A DNA stretch of 64,000 nt from positions 9,902 through 73,901 of the forward strand of contig JBFYPG010000187.1 in the NCBI GenBank assembly GCA_041303415.1, in the 5' to 3' direction. Position numbers and translations under genes: made by a program. This stretch comes from Bacteroidales bacterium. GTDB lineage: Bacteria; Bacteroidota; Bacteroidia; Bacteroidales; VadinHA17. Position 1 is the stretch's first letter. Each line of letters starts with the position of its first letter. The notes beneath the pieces were generated by a model. That model made no database searches, had not been told where the DNA came from, and was given only the letters and a program-made list of their open reading frames with translations. This document shows positions 53,844-63,319 of the stretch, piece after piece.

Positions 53844-54922
53844 TGAAAAGAATTCTCTATAGGATATTGCTTGCCGTTAACATAATTTTTGCCCTGGCCC
53901 TGCTTTTGTCGTACCTGGCATATCTTATTAATCCTGAAGATTTTGCCATGCCGGCCTTCTTCGGGCTTGCTTATCCCTACATTCTGCTGATCAACATCAC
54001 TCTGGCGGTTGTATGGGCAATGCTTCTCAGATTTGAGGCGTTAATTTCGGTGATAGTGATTGCCCTCGGCTTCAACCATCTTACGAATTATATTAAACTC
54101 ATCAAACCTGAGAAAAACAGTGAGGATTCTTTTAAGGTTATGAGTTATAACCTGAGGCTCTTCAACTACTTTGAGGCCAATGGCAATATCTCGGAAAAAA
54201 AAGTGATGGAGTTCATAAAAGCACAGCAGCCCGAGATCCTCTGCCTCCAGGAATTTTTTATAAACGGTAATCCTTCACAGAAGGAATCCTCTTTAAAAGC
54301 CGCGCTCGGAGGCAAATATCATTCACACATAAAGGTGATCGGCAGCGGAAAAAACCGGTATTATGGTATAGTCACATTCAGTAAATTCCCGATCATCAGA
54401 AAGGGCGAAATAATTCATCTTCGTTCATCAAGCCTGTCGATCTTTACGGATGTTGTAATTGAAAAGGATACTTTCAGGATTTTCAATAACCATCTGCAGA
54501 GTTTCAGGCTGCACAATATTGAAAGATCATTTATTGAGGAGATTACGGCACCTGATGACAAGGAGACACTTGATGAGGTGCGGAAGATTTCCGGAAGCCT
54601 GAAGCAGGGTTTTGTCAGGAGAGCCCATCAGTCGCAGATGGTAAAGGCACAGATCACCAGTTCGCCCTATCCGGTAATTGTGGCCGGGGATTTCAATGAC
54701 ACCCCGGTTTCCTATTCATACCGCAAAATAAGAAAGGGATTGAATGATTCATTCGTAAGCTCAGGCTATGGTGCAGGATTTACTTATAAGGGCAACTATC
54801 CGCCGAACAGGATAGATTATATTCTTTATGATAATGCACTGAAGTGCACCTATTTTGAAACACTGAAAGTAAAGTACTCCGATCATTACCCTATAGTGGC
54901 ATACTTCCGCAAATCCAACTAG
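53843..54922 (+). CDS. Membrane-anchored endonuclease/exonuclease/phosphatase (EEP) family protein
   Basis: The start overlaps the upstream stop (TGATG at 53841-53845). It has 3 N-terminal TM segments, then VMSYNLRLFNY, ILCLQEF, FNNHLQS, VAGDFNDTP, RIDYIL and YSDHYPIVAYF. Confidence 0.8.
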   Translation: MKRILYRILLAVNIIFALALLLSYLAYLINPEDFAMPAFFGLAYPYILLINITLAVVWAMLLRFEALISVIVIALGFNHLTNYIKLIKPEKNSEDSFKVMSYNLRLFNYFEANGNISEKKVMEFIKAQQPEILCLQEFFINGNPSQKESSLKAALGGKYHSHIKVIGSGKNRYYGIVTFSKFPIIRKGEIIHLRSSSLSIFTDVVIEKDTFRIFNNHLQSFRLHNIERSFIEEITAPDDKETLDEVRKISGSLKQGFVRRAHQSQMVKAQITSSPYPVIVAGDFNDTPVSYSYRKIRKGLNDSFVSSGYGAGFTYKGNYPPNRIDYILYDNALKCTYFETLKVKYSDHYPIVAYFRKSN

Positions 54923-54956
54923 TGTTGTGTAAACTCAAAATTGACGGAATATAAAA

Positions 54957-55043
54957 GTTGGCAGCAGGCAGTAGGCAGTGGGCAAAAAGTAAAAGGATAA
55001 TTGCCAACTGACATTTGCCAACTGCCAACTGCCAACTGCCAAC
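54957..55043. repeat. Second copy of the inverted heptamer array: GTTGGCA GCAGGCA GTAGGCA GTGGGCA, a 16-nt A-rich loop, then TGCCAAC x5 (one degenerate)
   Basis: Left arm: 54957-54984. Loop: AAAAGTAAAAGGATAA. Right arm: TGCCAAC at 55002, 55016, 55023, 55030 and 55037. It lies between convergent stops at 54922 (+) and 55078 (-). Confidence 0.85.
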
Positions 55044-55077
55044 TAATACTTAGAGACATAATAGGTTTAACTTGATA

Positions 55078-56022
55078 CTATAAGGGAAGCTTCCTGAAAT
55101 CGACATTGCCTCCCGAAATAACAATACCAATCTTTTTGTCTTTGAATTCACCGGGGTTTTCCATAATGACAGCAAGGGTTGTGGCTGATGATGGTTCAAC
55201 AATGATCTTCATCCGCTCCCATATAAGCCGCATGCATTCAATTATTGTTTCTTCCCTGACGGTAAAGATCCGGTCAACATTTTTCCTGATGATGGCAAAA
55301 GTCAGTTCGCTGAGTGAGGTAAGCAGTCCGTCAGCTACTGTTAAAGGATTAACAGAAGGTGTGAGCTTCCCGGTTGTGAATGAAACATAAGCGTCATTGG
55401 CATTGAGAGGTTCTGCCCCGAAAACCTTTATGCTATTGCTTATTGCCTTAGCCGCAGTGGAGGTGCCGCTCATAAGTCCGCCTCCTCCGATGGGAGCGAT
55501 AATTATCTCCAGATCGCTTCTCTCTTCAAGAAGCTCAATCGCAGCTGTTCCCTGACCGCAGATCACATTGAAATTATCATAAGGGTGAACGAGGACGGCT
55601 CCGGTTTTTTCCATAATGGTACGCGTTGTTTCTTCGCGTGACTGAAGCGTAGGTTTGCAGAAAGTGATATCGGCGCCGTATCCCGCAACCGCGTTTTTCT
55701 TTACCGCAGGTGCTGTTTCAGGCATCACGATGTACGCTTTCACCCCGTTCATGACTGCCGCAAGCGATAGTGCAGCAGCGTGATTACCAGACGAATGTGT
55801 TACTACTCCTTTCTTTTTCTCACTTTCCGGAAGGGAGAGGACTGCATTTGTCGCTCCCCTGAACTTGAATGCACCCACTTTCTGGAAATTCTCGCATTTG
55901 AAAAACATCTCACAGCCAAATATCCTGTTGAGCTGCCGCGATGACATAACCGGAGTTCTGTGGATAAAGGGTTTTATCCTTTCATGAGCAGCCTGAATAT
56001 CTGACAGAGTTGGAAGTACCAT
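55078..56022 (-). CDS. Pyridoxal-phosphate-dependent threonine/serine dehydratase family enzyme
   Basis: 314 aa. FKCENFQKVGAFKFRGATNA carries the PLP-Lys motif of the fold-type II family. It also has HSSGNHAAALSLAA and a glycine-rich GGGGL loop. Confidence 0.85.
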   Translation of the reverse strand: MVLPTLSDIQAAHERIKPFIHRTPVMSSRQLNRIFGCEMFFKCENFQKVGAFKFRGATNAVLSLPESEKKKGVVTHSSGNHAAALSLAAVMNGVKAYIVMPETAPAVKKNAVAGYGADITFCKPTLQSREETTRTIMEKTGAVLVHPYDNFNVICGQGTAAIELLEERSDLEIIIAPIGGGGLMSGTSTAAKAISNSIKVFGAEPLNANDAYVSFTTGKLTPSVNPLTVADGLLTSLSELTFAIIRKNVDRIFTVREETIIECMRLIWERMKIIVEPSSATTLAVIMENPGEFKDKKIGIVISGGNVDFRKLPL

Positions 56023-56030
56023 GGCTGAAT

Positions 56031-56071
56031 AACTTAAAAAGCCCCCTTCCCTGCTTCAGGAGGGAAGGGGG
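56031..56071 (-). terminator. Rho-independent-type terminator downstream of hppA
   Basis: A perfect 11-bp stem, CCCCCTTCCCT (56042-56052) / AGGGAAGGGGG (56061-56071), has an 8-nt loop. On the minus strand it is followed by C-TTTTT-AAG. It begins 25 nt after the hppA stop. Confidence 0.6.
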
Positions 56072-56095
56072 TTGGGGGATGGGTACATGTATTTT

Positions 56096-58387
56096 TTAAC
56101 CCAGTATACTGAATGCAACAGTCAATCCTGCAAGAACAACTGATACCATCGACATCAGCTTGATAAGAATATTAAGTGCCGGACCTGATGTATCCTTGAA
56201 GGGATCACCGACCGTATCACCAACAACTGATGCTTTGTGAGGTTCGCTTTTCTTGCCGCCATAGTTGCCTCTTTCAATGAATTTCTTGGCATTGTCCCAT
56301 GCGCCGCCGGCATTGTTAAGCATGCTTGCAAGAACGAAACCTGAACTCATGCCTCCTGCGAGAAGGCCGATGACTCCGGGTACACCAAAAATAACTCCAA
56401 CAATAAGCGGAACCGCGATAGCCATAAGTGACGGAACAAGCATTTCCTTCTGTGCACCGGCCGTGGAAATTGCCACGCATTTTGCATATTCAGGTTTTCC
56501 TGTACCTTCCATGATTCCGGGAATTTCACGGAACTGGCGTCTGACCTCCTCAACCATGCTGCCTGCAGCGCGTCCCACTGCTTTCATGCTCATCGAGCTG
56601 AAGAGGAATGCCATCATTGCACCGATGAAGATTCCGCCAAGCAGAATGGGGTTGAACAAAGAAAGGTCATAGGCATTTGCAAAATCCTTTATTGTAGCAG
56701 TTGTTATATTAACAGCTGTCTGTCCATCCTGAACTGCCGGCAATGTGCTGTTATAGAAGAGCACATCGCCTATCTGTTTAAATCCGTCAGGAGCCTTGTC
56801 AATCAGCCTTCCCAGCCAGAGTCTTACTTCTTCCATATAGGCGGCCATAAGAGCCAGGGCAGTGAGGGCAGCTGAGCCGATGGCAAATCCTTTTCCGGTT
56901 GCAGCGGTTGTGTTTCCAAGGCCGTCAAGGGCATCTGTTCTTTCCCTGACTTCTTTGGGGAGCTCCGACATCTCAGCATTGCCGCCTGCGTTATCAGCGA
57001 TTGGACCGAAAGCGTCAGTTGCCAGGGTTATTCCAAGTGTTGAAAGCATTCCAACGGCTGCAAAGCCAATGCCATAGACACCCATGGCGAAATCTTTAAA
57101 GCCGCCTGCGAATCCGAATGCAGCGATGATCCCTGCAACAATAGTCACAACAGGCACCCATGTTGACAGCATTCCGACAGACATCCCTTCAATTATTACT
57201 GTTGCCGGACCCTGCAGAGCCTGTTTTGCGATCCCCTGGGTCGGTTTATTTGCGTCGGAAGTATAATACTCGGTTGACTGACCGATGATCACCCCTGCCA
57301 GAAGGCCTGCTACTGCTGATCCGAACACTCCCCAGGTTATCATTCCGGCAAAAGCCATAATAGCCAGGACAACAAGAATCAAAGCCGAGCTGCCTCCGGT
57401 GCCAAGCAAGAGGGCACGCAGAAGCGCTTTTGGAGTAGCTGATTCTTTTGTCCTTACAAGGTATACTCCGGCTATTGAAAGAAAAATTCCAATGGCTGAT
57501 ACGATCATTGGCGCTATAACAGCTTGCATCTGGTCCATTCCGGCAGCAATGGGAAGCGCAGCACCCAGTGCGGCTGTGGCCAGAATTGAACCGGCATATG
57601 ATTCATAAAGGTCTGCACCCATTCCGGCAACGTCGCCAACATTATCACCAACGTTATCTGCAATAGTTGCAGGGTTACGCGGGTCATCTTCAGGAATACC
57701 TGCTTCTACTTTTCCGACAAGGTCAGCACCCACATCGGCTGCTTTTGTAAATATGCCTCCGCCAACACGTGCAAAGAGAGCCTGTGTTGAAGCACCCATA
57801 CCGAAAGTAAGCATAACTGCGGTGATCTCAATGAGCTTCTCATGCTCTGTTGTTCCGGGATGAACAAAGGTAAGTCCCAGGAAATCCCAGCCATTGGCCA
57901 TATTCTCAGGAGTGAAGACTAATCCGTTGAGGATCAGGAACCACAGTGCTATGTCAAGAAGGCCGAATCCCACAACAACAAGGCCCATGACAGCGCCGCT
58001 TCTGAGAGCGACCTTCAACCCCTTATTAAGCGATTTGGAAGCAGCAGCAGCTGTCCTGTTTGATGCAAAGGTCGCGGTTTTCATACCCAGGTAGCCACAG
58101 AGTCCCGAGAAGAAACCGCCTGTCAGGAAAGCTACAGGCACAAACGGGTTCTGAATACCAAAATAGGCAAGAATAAGAAGGAGAACCACCAGGATTATAA
58201 AAACCTTGATGACAACCGAATACTGGCGTCTCAGGTAAGCCATTGCTCCTTCCCTCACATAAGCAGCTATCTCTTTCATCCTTTCTGTTCCCTCATCCTG
58301 AGCTTTCATGTTTCTGTAGAAGATCCAGGCGAAGAGCAGGGCAACGAGTGCTGCTACAGGTACAATCCAAAAAATTGCGTTGATCAT
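56096..58387 (-). CDS. hppA: Membrane-bound ion-translocating pyrophosphatase (K+-dependent type by the GNTTAA signature)
   Basis: 763 aa with about 16 TM segments. Motifs are [35 protein letters not shown] and [22 protein letters not shown]. Ala rather than Lys after GNTTA is the published determinant of K+ dependence, and this clade includes the Na+-pumping enzymes. Confidence 0.93.
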   Translation of the reverse strand: MINAIFWIVPVAALVALLFAWIFYRNMKAQDEGTERMKEIAAYVREGAMAYLRRQYSVVIKVFIILVVLLLILAYFGIQNPFVPVAFLTGGFFSGLCGYLGMKTATFASNRTAAAASKSLNKGLKVALRSGAVMGLVVVGFGLLDIALWFLILNGLVFTPENMANGWDFLGLTFVHPGTTEHEKLIEITAVMLTFGMGASTQALFARVGGGIFTKAADVGADLVGKVEAGIPEDDPRNPATIADNVGDNVGDVAGMGADLYESYAGSILATAALGAALPIAAGMDQMQAVIAPMIVSAIGIFLSIAGVYLVRTKESATPKALLRALLLGTGGSSALILVVLAIMAFAGMITWGVFGSAVAGLLAGVIIGQSTEYYTSDANKPTQGIAKQALQGPATVIIEGMSVGMLSTWVPVVTIVAGIIAAFGFAGGFKDFAMGVYGIGFAAVGMLSTLGITLATDAFGPIADNAGGNAEMSELPKEVRERTDALDGLGNTTAATGKGFAIGSAALTALALMAAYMEEVRLWLGRLIDKAPDGFKQIGDVLFYNSTLPAVQDGQTAVNITTATIKDFANAYDLSLFNPILLGGIFIGAMMAFLFSSMSMKAVGRAAGSMVEEVRRQFREIPGIMEGTGKPEYAKCVAISTAGAQKEMLVPSLMAIAVPLIVGVIFGVPGVIGLLAGGMSSGFVLASMLNNAGGAWDNAKKFIERGNYGGKKSEPHKASVVGDTVGDPFKDTSGPALNILIKLMSMVSVVLAGLTVAFSILG

Positions 58388-58501
58388 AATATCAGTATTA
58401 AAATTAATCTTGAATATTATTTGAAAAAATTATGCCTGCAAAACTAAGCTAGTTTTTTATTAATCCAAATGAAAAATGTGATAATATTATGCCGTTTCAG
58501 G

Positions 58502-59266
58502 TCAGATTCCGCGAAAGAATTCGTAATTAATATCTTCAAGTTCTTTCATTGAGGGATAAGGATACCAGACTATTTCATCATTCGCCCCCACATAAAACCC
58601 TGACTCAATAGTACGGTACAAAAGCGTTCCTGAGAATATCCTCTGAACCGTCTTCATGTGCTTCTCATATTCACCTTTCAGGATCTCCAGGCAGTCTCTC
58701 AGGTGCCCGATATTGGGATAGGGAAGATGTTCCGCCGAACCACCGAGAGGATTAGTTGCCAGCTCTCCAAGTTTAAGCTCGACAAAAAACAGCTTTGGAA
58801 GGCTGATAGGAGTTGAACCGTCGGTGAGTTTTTTAAGAAAGGTTGAAGGTGGAAGTCCGCTTGCTACAAGGGGTGTTACAGGAGCAAGCTCCTGGTAAAG
58901 ATGAAGGGCATTCTTCTGCTCACGCGACTTGTCGTACGCTGCTCTTTTCAGTTCAAGAACGCATCCGTGATCTGTAGTGAGATAAAGGCTCTTAAGCGCT
59001 GAAAGGGGGATCATCTCGAGGGTTCTGTAAACTGACAGGTAAACAGAGCTTTTAGGGCTGCCGTCTTCTTTGGCAACACACCTTTTATTCAGGCTGTTCA
59101 TATCGATGAGGCTTTCAATTTTGCCAAGATCAACCTCAAAAAATATCGTTTGGCCTTTGTTACGTTTTTTTGTTCCTGTAGAAAGGTACATTCCGAACCC
59201 TTCCGGAGGAAGCATTGAAGCTACCAGAGCTTCCGGGGTGCTTGTTAAATAAACGTATTTGCTCAT
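58502..59266 (-). CDS. Hypothetical cytoplasmic protein (254 aa)
   Basis: A clean ORF with an ATG start (MSKYVYLTSTPEALVASM...). It has no signal peptide, TM segment or recognisable motif. Confidence 0.55.
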   Translation of the reverse strand: MSKYVYLTSTPEALVASMLPPEGFGMYLSTGTKKRNKGQTIFFEVDLGKIESLIDMNSLNKRCVAKEDGSPKSSVYLSVYRTLEMIPLSALKSLYLTTDHGCVLELKRAAYDKSREQKNALHLYQELAPVTPLVASGLPPSTFLKKLTDGSTPISLPKLFFVELKLGELATNPLGGSAEHLPYPNIGHLRDCLEILKGEYEKHMKTVQRIFSGTLLYRTIESGFYVGANDEIVWYPYPSMKELEDINYEFFRGI

Positions 59267-59363
59267 AGTATTATGTGTTTAAATGGACAATGATAAGAAG
59301 CTTGAGTTTAAGTGAATCTATTTCAAATTTAAGCTTCTTTTTCCACAACAGCAGGCAGAATCT

Positions 59364-61775
59364 TCACTTTTTATTCTTTACATATTTATCCATCCAGTCC
59401 AGTACTTCCCGGTGCTTGTGAAGAATTGTCTCGCGGGCCGCATAACCATGACTTTCATTGGGCAGCATAACCAGACGGACGATCGCGCCATGCCCTTTCA
59501 GTGCCGCATAAAGCCTTTCGCTCTGAATCGGGAATGTCCCGCTGTTATTGTCAGCCAGCCCGTGGATCAGCAGAATGGGGTCCTTTATCTTATCAGCGTT
59601 CATGAAAGGCGACATCCTGTTGTAAATCTCCGGCGCCTCCCAGTAGCTTCTTCTTTCATTCTGGAATCCGAAAGGAGTGAGACTCCTGTTATATGCACCG
59701 CTCTCTGCGATACCTGCAGCAAACAGCCTGCTGTGGGCCAGCAGGTTGGCAGTCATGAATGCTCCGTATGAATGACCGCTTACGGCCACCCTTTCATGGT
59801 CTGTCACTTCCATTTCAACTGCTTTGTTTATGGCAGCTTCAGCATCTGCAACCAGCTGTTCAACGAATGTATCGTTTGGTTCCGTACCTCCCGCACCTAC
59901 AATAGGAAATGCAGCATCCATAAGTATTGCATAGCCCTGTGTAACATAAACAAGGGCCGAGGCAGGGCTGATCCTGGTGAAAGTATACGGAGATCCGTTT
60001 ACCTGTCCTGCCGCAGACGGGTCATTGAATTCACGGGGATATGCCCATAAAAGGGTTGGTAATGTCCCATCTCTGGCTTTATCATAACCGGCTGGCAGAT
60101 ATAGTGTAAATGACAGATCGAGGCTGTCATTCCGTTTGTATTTTACCAGCTCCTTATGTACACCAGCGAGCTGAGGATAAGGATTTTCGAACTTTGTTAC
60201 CTGTATAAGCTTACCTGTCTTCAGGTTCCGGATGAAATAATTTGGGACTTCAGCGACAGACTGGCGGGAAGTCAGTACCAGGTTCCTGGCAATATCCAGG
60301 ACAGTCAGAACGCTTTCATAATAAGGGGCCTCTGATCTCCAGAGCCTGGTTGTTTTTCCTGATGCTATTTCGTATTTGTCAAGGAAAGGCCGGTCTCCTT
60401 CAGGTGATGCTCCGTTTCCCAAAAGGAGCAGGGATCTTCCTTTATCAATGAATTTCAGCACATTGCGGCCATATTGATTCTGATCGGTATAAAACCTTCC
60501 GGGGTTATTATATCCGTCATCATAATTGTATTCATGGATCATTTTTTTTGTATTCTGCGGGTCCGCAGGATCAAATGAGCTCACAACCCGCATCCTGGTT
60601 TTGCTTAATCCTTCTGAAACAAGGGCGTAATTATCGTTTCCCCAGTTGATCCCGCTGAACCTTTTTTCTGTGGCAATATATTTCCGGGGCTCTCCCGTAA
60701 ATGGTTCTTCAAGAAGGTATACCTGGTCGTGGTACTGCATCTCATTTTTATAATCGCCATTATCAAGGGCTTCCACCCAGTATATGGTTGCAGGTTTGTC
60801 GGACCTCCATGAATAGTATCTCGGACCGGGAAGCACCATATCGTGTCCGCGGGGCTCGTTCTCGATAAGCGGCTCTTCAAGAAGTGTTTTAACGGTATTT
60901 CCATGGATATCCAGGATCAGGGTTGTGGTCGGGAAATTATAATAAGGGACGATGTAGGAAAAAGGCTGTTTGATCTCATTTACCAGCAGGTATCTGCCGT
61001 CAGGTGAAGGTGAGGCATCGGTTATCATGCCCGGCTTTCTGATTGTATAACTACTGCTTCCATCCCAGATCATAAGCTGCGACCGGGCAAAATATGCAAA
61101 TGTTGCCTCATCCACGGGATCTTTCAGCAGATCCTGGTATGTTGCCGACTGGCCTTTCTCACCAAGGCTCTCCTGGACAACAGGGCCTTCAGGCACAAGG
61201 CTCCGCTGAGGCATCTGTCCCCTGCCCGGATCGGTTTCCAGATACACGATGCTTTTATTGTCGGATAACCATGAGAATGAGCTTCTGAAGACCATATTCA
61301 GCCGGTCTGTTACTTTTGTCAATTTCAGGGTGGCAATATCACACGCCCATAATTCTATTCCTGAGTCAAGAGTATTTGTAAATGCGAACCTGGTGCCGTC
61401 AGGCGACCACTCGAGCGATCCCAGCCTCGGATCATCAGGCAGTCCGGTGATCTTGACAGCACCGGTACCGTCAATGTTCATAATGGTGAATCCCAGATTG
61501 TATGTCTGCCTGCTGGGCCCGCTGATAGCAGGATTTATCCTGAGCCCGGCTATTCTGAGCTCCTCCTCCGACAATTCAGCTATGGTAATTATCGGGGGTC
61601 TTTCAATTACCAGGATCCTTGATTTGTCAGGACTTACTGATACCATCGGGGTTACGGGAGCATCGACGATCTTCACGATTTCCTCAGGTGGAAGCTGGTA
61701 TCTAAGCGCTTCCTGTGAGGTTGCAGCTGCAGCAAATAGTGCAGATATCAGCAAAGAGAACAGTTTTTTAATCAT
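59364..61775 (-). CDS. S9 family serine peptidase (prolyl oligopeptidase/dipeptidyl-peptidase-like) with an N-terminal beta-propeller
   Basis: 803 aa. The signal peptide is MIKKLFSLLISALFAAAATSQ. The C-terminal alpha/beta-hydrolase triad context is VAVSGHSYGAFMT (GxSxG), LLIHGLADNN (Asp) and NESHGY (His). Confidence 0.88.
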   Translation of the reverse strand: MIKKLFSLLISALFAAAATSQEALRYQLPPEEIVKIVDAPVTPMVSVSPDKSRILVIERPPIITIAELSEEELRIAGLRINPAISGPSRQTYNLGFTIMNIDGTGAVKITGLPDDPRLGSLEWSPDGTRFAFTNTLDSGIELWACDIATLKLTKVTDRLNMVFRSSFSWLSDNKSIVYLETDPGRGQMPQRSLVPEGPVVQESLGEKGQSATYQDLLKDPVDEATFAYFARSQLMIWDGSSSYTIRKPGMITDASPSPDGRYLLVNEIKQPFSYIVPYYNFPTTTLILDIHGNTVKTLLEEPLIENEPRGHDMVLPGPRYYSWRSDKPATIYWVEALDNGDYKNEMQYHDQVYLLEEPFTGEPRKYIATEKRFSGINWGNDNYALVSEGLSKTRMRVVSSFDPADPQNTKKMIHEYNYDDGYNNPGRFYTDQNQYGRNVLKFIDKGRSLLLLGNGASPEGDRPFLDKYEIASGKTTRLWRSEAPYYESVLTVLDIARNLVLTSRQSVAEVPNYFIRNLKTGKLIQVTKFENPYPQLAGVHKELVKYKRNDSLDLSFTLYLPAGYDKARDGTLPTLLWAYPREFNDPSAAGQVNGSPYTFTRISPASALVYVTQGYAILMDAAFPIVGAGGTEPNDTFVEQLVADAEAAINKAVEMEVTDHERVAVSGHSYGAFMTANLLAHSRLFAAGIAESGAYNRSLTPFGFQNERRSYWEAPEIYNRMSPFMNADKIKDPILLIHGLADNNSGTFPIQSERLYAALKGHGAIVRLVMLPNESHGYAARETILHKHREVLDWMDKYVKNKK

Positions 61776-61893
61776 AGCAGGATAAATTAATAACCATCAG
61801 TATTTTCAAAGATATAAATATTAATGATTGTGTTCCGGACTTATGAATACACGTTACTTTTATTACATTTGCCCGAATTATAAGATATGGATA

Positions 61894-63129
61894 ATGACGG
61901 ATTTTTTCGAAGATAAGATCTCGGAACGGCTGGGCGGCAGTAGTTTCGGCAAATCCACGGCCATTTACAAGTTTGAACTTATAAAGCGGGCAAAGGCGGC
62001 AGCAAAACTTGCCCGTCCGGATGTAAAGCTTATAGATATGGGTGTGGGAGAGCCCGACTGGCCTGCAGATGATATCGTTGTCAAAACCCTTGCCCGGGAA
62101 GCCGGAAAGCCTGAAAACAGGTGGTATGCCGATAATGGTATACCGGAATTCCAGGAAGCAGCAGCTGAATACCTCGAAAGAGTATATGGTGTGAAAGGTC
62201 TGGTTCCTTTGGAAAATATAATTCATGGAATTGGATCAAAACCTGTGCTGGCAATGCTGCCGGTCTGCTTTATTAATCCCGGTGATGTACTACTGACAAC
62301 TGTCCCGGGATATCCTGTTTCTGCGACATATACGAAATATCTTGGCGGTGAAGTGTACAATTTACCTTTGCTGGAGTCCAACTCGTTTTTACCCGACCTG
62401 GATTCCGTACCAAAAGAGATCAGAAAGAAGGCTAAACTTCTTTATCTGAACTATCCGAATAATCCAACTGGTGCAGTTGCCAGCAGGGAATTCTTCAGAA
62501 AGGCAGTTGATTTTGCATCGGAAAACGGGATTGTTGTGGTTCACGATGCTGCCTATGGAGCCCTCACCTACGACGGCTGCAAACCGCTCAGTTTCCTTTC
62601 GGTTGAGGGTGCAATGGACGTTGGAATTGAAGTTCATTCATTGTCGAAGGCGTTTAACATGACAGGCTGGAGGATCGGTTTTGTGTGCGGGAACAGCAAG
62701 GCAGTAAAGGCTTATGCAACAGTAAAGGACAATACCGATTCAGGTCAGTTCAGGGCGATACAGAAAGCGGCTGTCAAAGCATTTGAAAATACTGATATAA
62801 CCTTAAGGACAATTGAAAAATACTCCAGGCGGTTCAATATGCTGGTTGATGCCCTTAATGAAGCGGGATTTAATGCCAGAAAACCAAAAGGATCATTTTT
62901 TTGCTATGTAAAAGTTCCGGAATGTACGCGTGATGGAAAAACTTTCAATACAGCATCTGAATTTTCAGAATACCTGATAAGGGAATCCCTGATATCAACT
63001 GTGCCCTGGGATGATGCAGGGAAATATGTAAGGTTCTCTGTAACTTTTGAGGCCGGCTCTTTACTGGAGGAGAAGGAGGTGATTAATGAAATGAAGAAAA
63101 GGCTGAAAGTTCTGAACCTGATATTCTGA
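61894..63129 (+). CDS. Class I/II PLP-dependent aminotransferase (LL-diaminopimelate aminotransferase-like)
   Basis: I prefer the ATG at 61894 (MTDFFEDKISERLGG...) over 61828. Motifs are DMGVGEPD, YPNNPTGA, HDAAY and SLSKAFNMTGWRIG (PLP Lys). The specific DapL assignment is unverified. Confidence 0.8.
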   Translation: MTDFFEDKISERLGGSSFGKSTAIYKFELIKRAKAAAKLARPDVKLIDMGVGEPDWPADDIVVKTLAREAGKPENRWYADNGIPEFQEAAAEYLERVYGVKGLVPLENIIHGIGSKPVLAMLPVCFINPGDVLLTTVPGYPVSATYTKYLGGEVYNLPLLESNSFLPDLDSVPKEIRKKAKLLYLNYPNNPTGAVASREFFRKAVDFASENGIVVVHDAAYGALTYDGCKPLSFLSVEGAMDVGIEVHSLSKAFNMTGWRIGFVCGNSKAVKAYATVKDNTDSGQFRAIQKAAVKAFENTDITLRTIEKYSRRFNMLVDALNEAGFNARKPKGSFFCYVKVPECTRDGKTFNTASEFSEYLIRESLISTVPWDDAGKYVRFSVTFEAGSLLEEKEVINEMKKRLKVLNLIF

Positions 63130-63319
63130 AATTGTACAGGGATGCTTATTGTTATTCGCAATAAAGGGCAATAATCAATAAGAAATTAAGTTCTTGCTTA
63201 TAAGGATTAACCAAAACCGAAGACAAAATTCGACCATAAATAAGTAATTTTCTAAATCTAAATTTTTGTATCTTTCCGATAGTTACTATATTTACCGCGC
63301 AAAAAACTAACCTGATGTC

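Noticed and set aside
56265-58094. Ala/Pro-rich plus-strand ORFs antisense to hppA (for example 56265-56672 and 57285-57608), and similar antisense ORFs in mutL (50702-51214), the S9 peptidase (61249-61785) and the sensor gene (4883-5326).
   Set aside because: They lie opposite strongly supported conserved genes. Their composition reflects the complement of Gly/Ala-rich membrane-protein codons, and no independent evidence supports them.
61768-62226. A 152-aa minus-strand ORF and the 61828 start of the aminotransferase ORF.
   Set aside because: The minus-strand ORF overlaps the well-supported aminotransferase CDS and has no motifs. The first 22 codons from 61828 (MCSGLMNTRYFYYICPNYKIWI) are AT-rich promoter-like sequence, so ATG 61894 is preferred.
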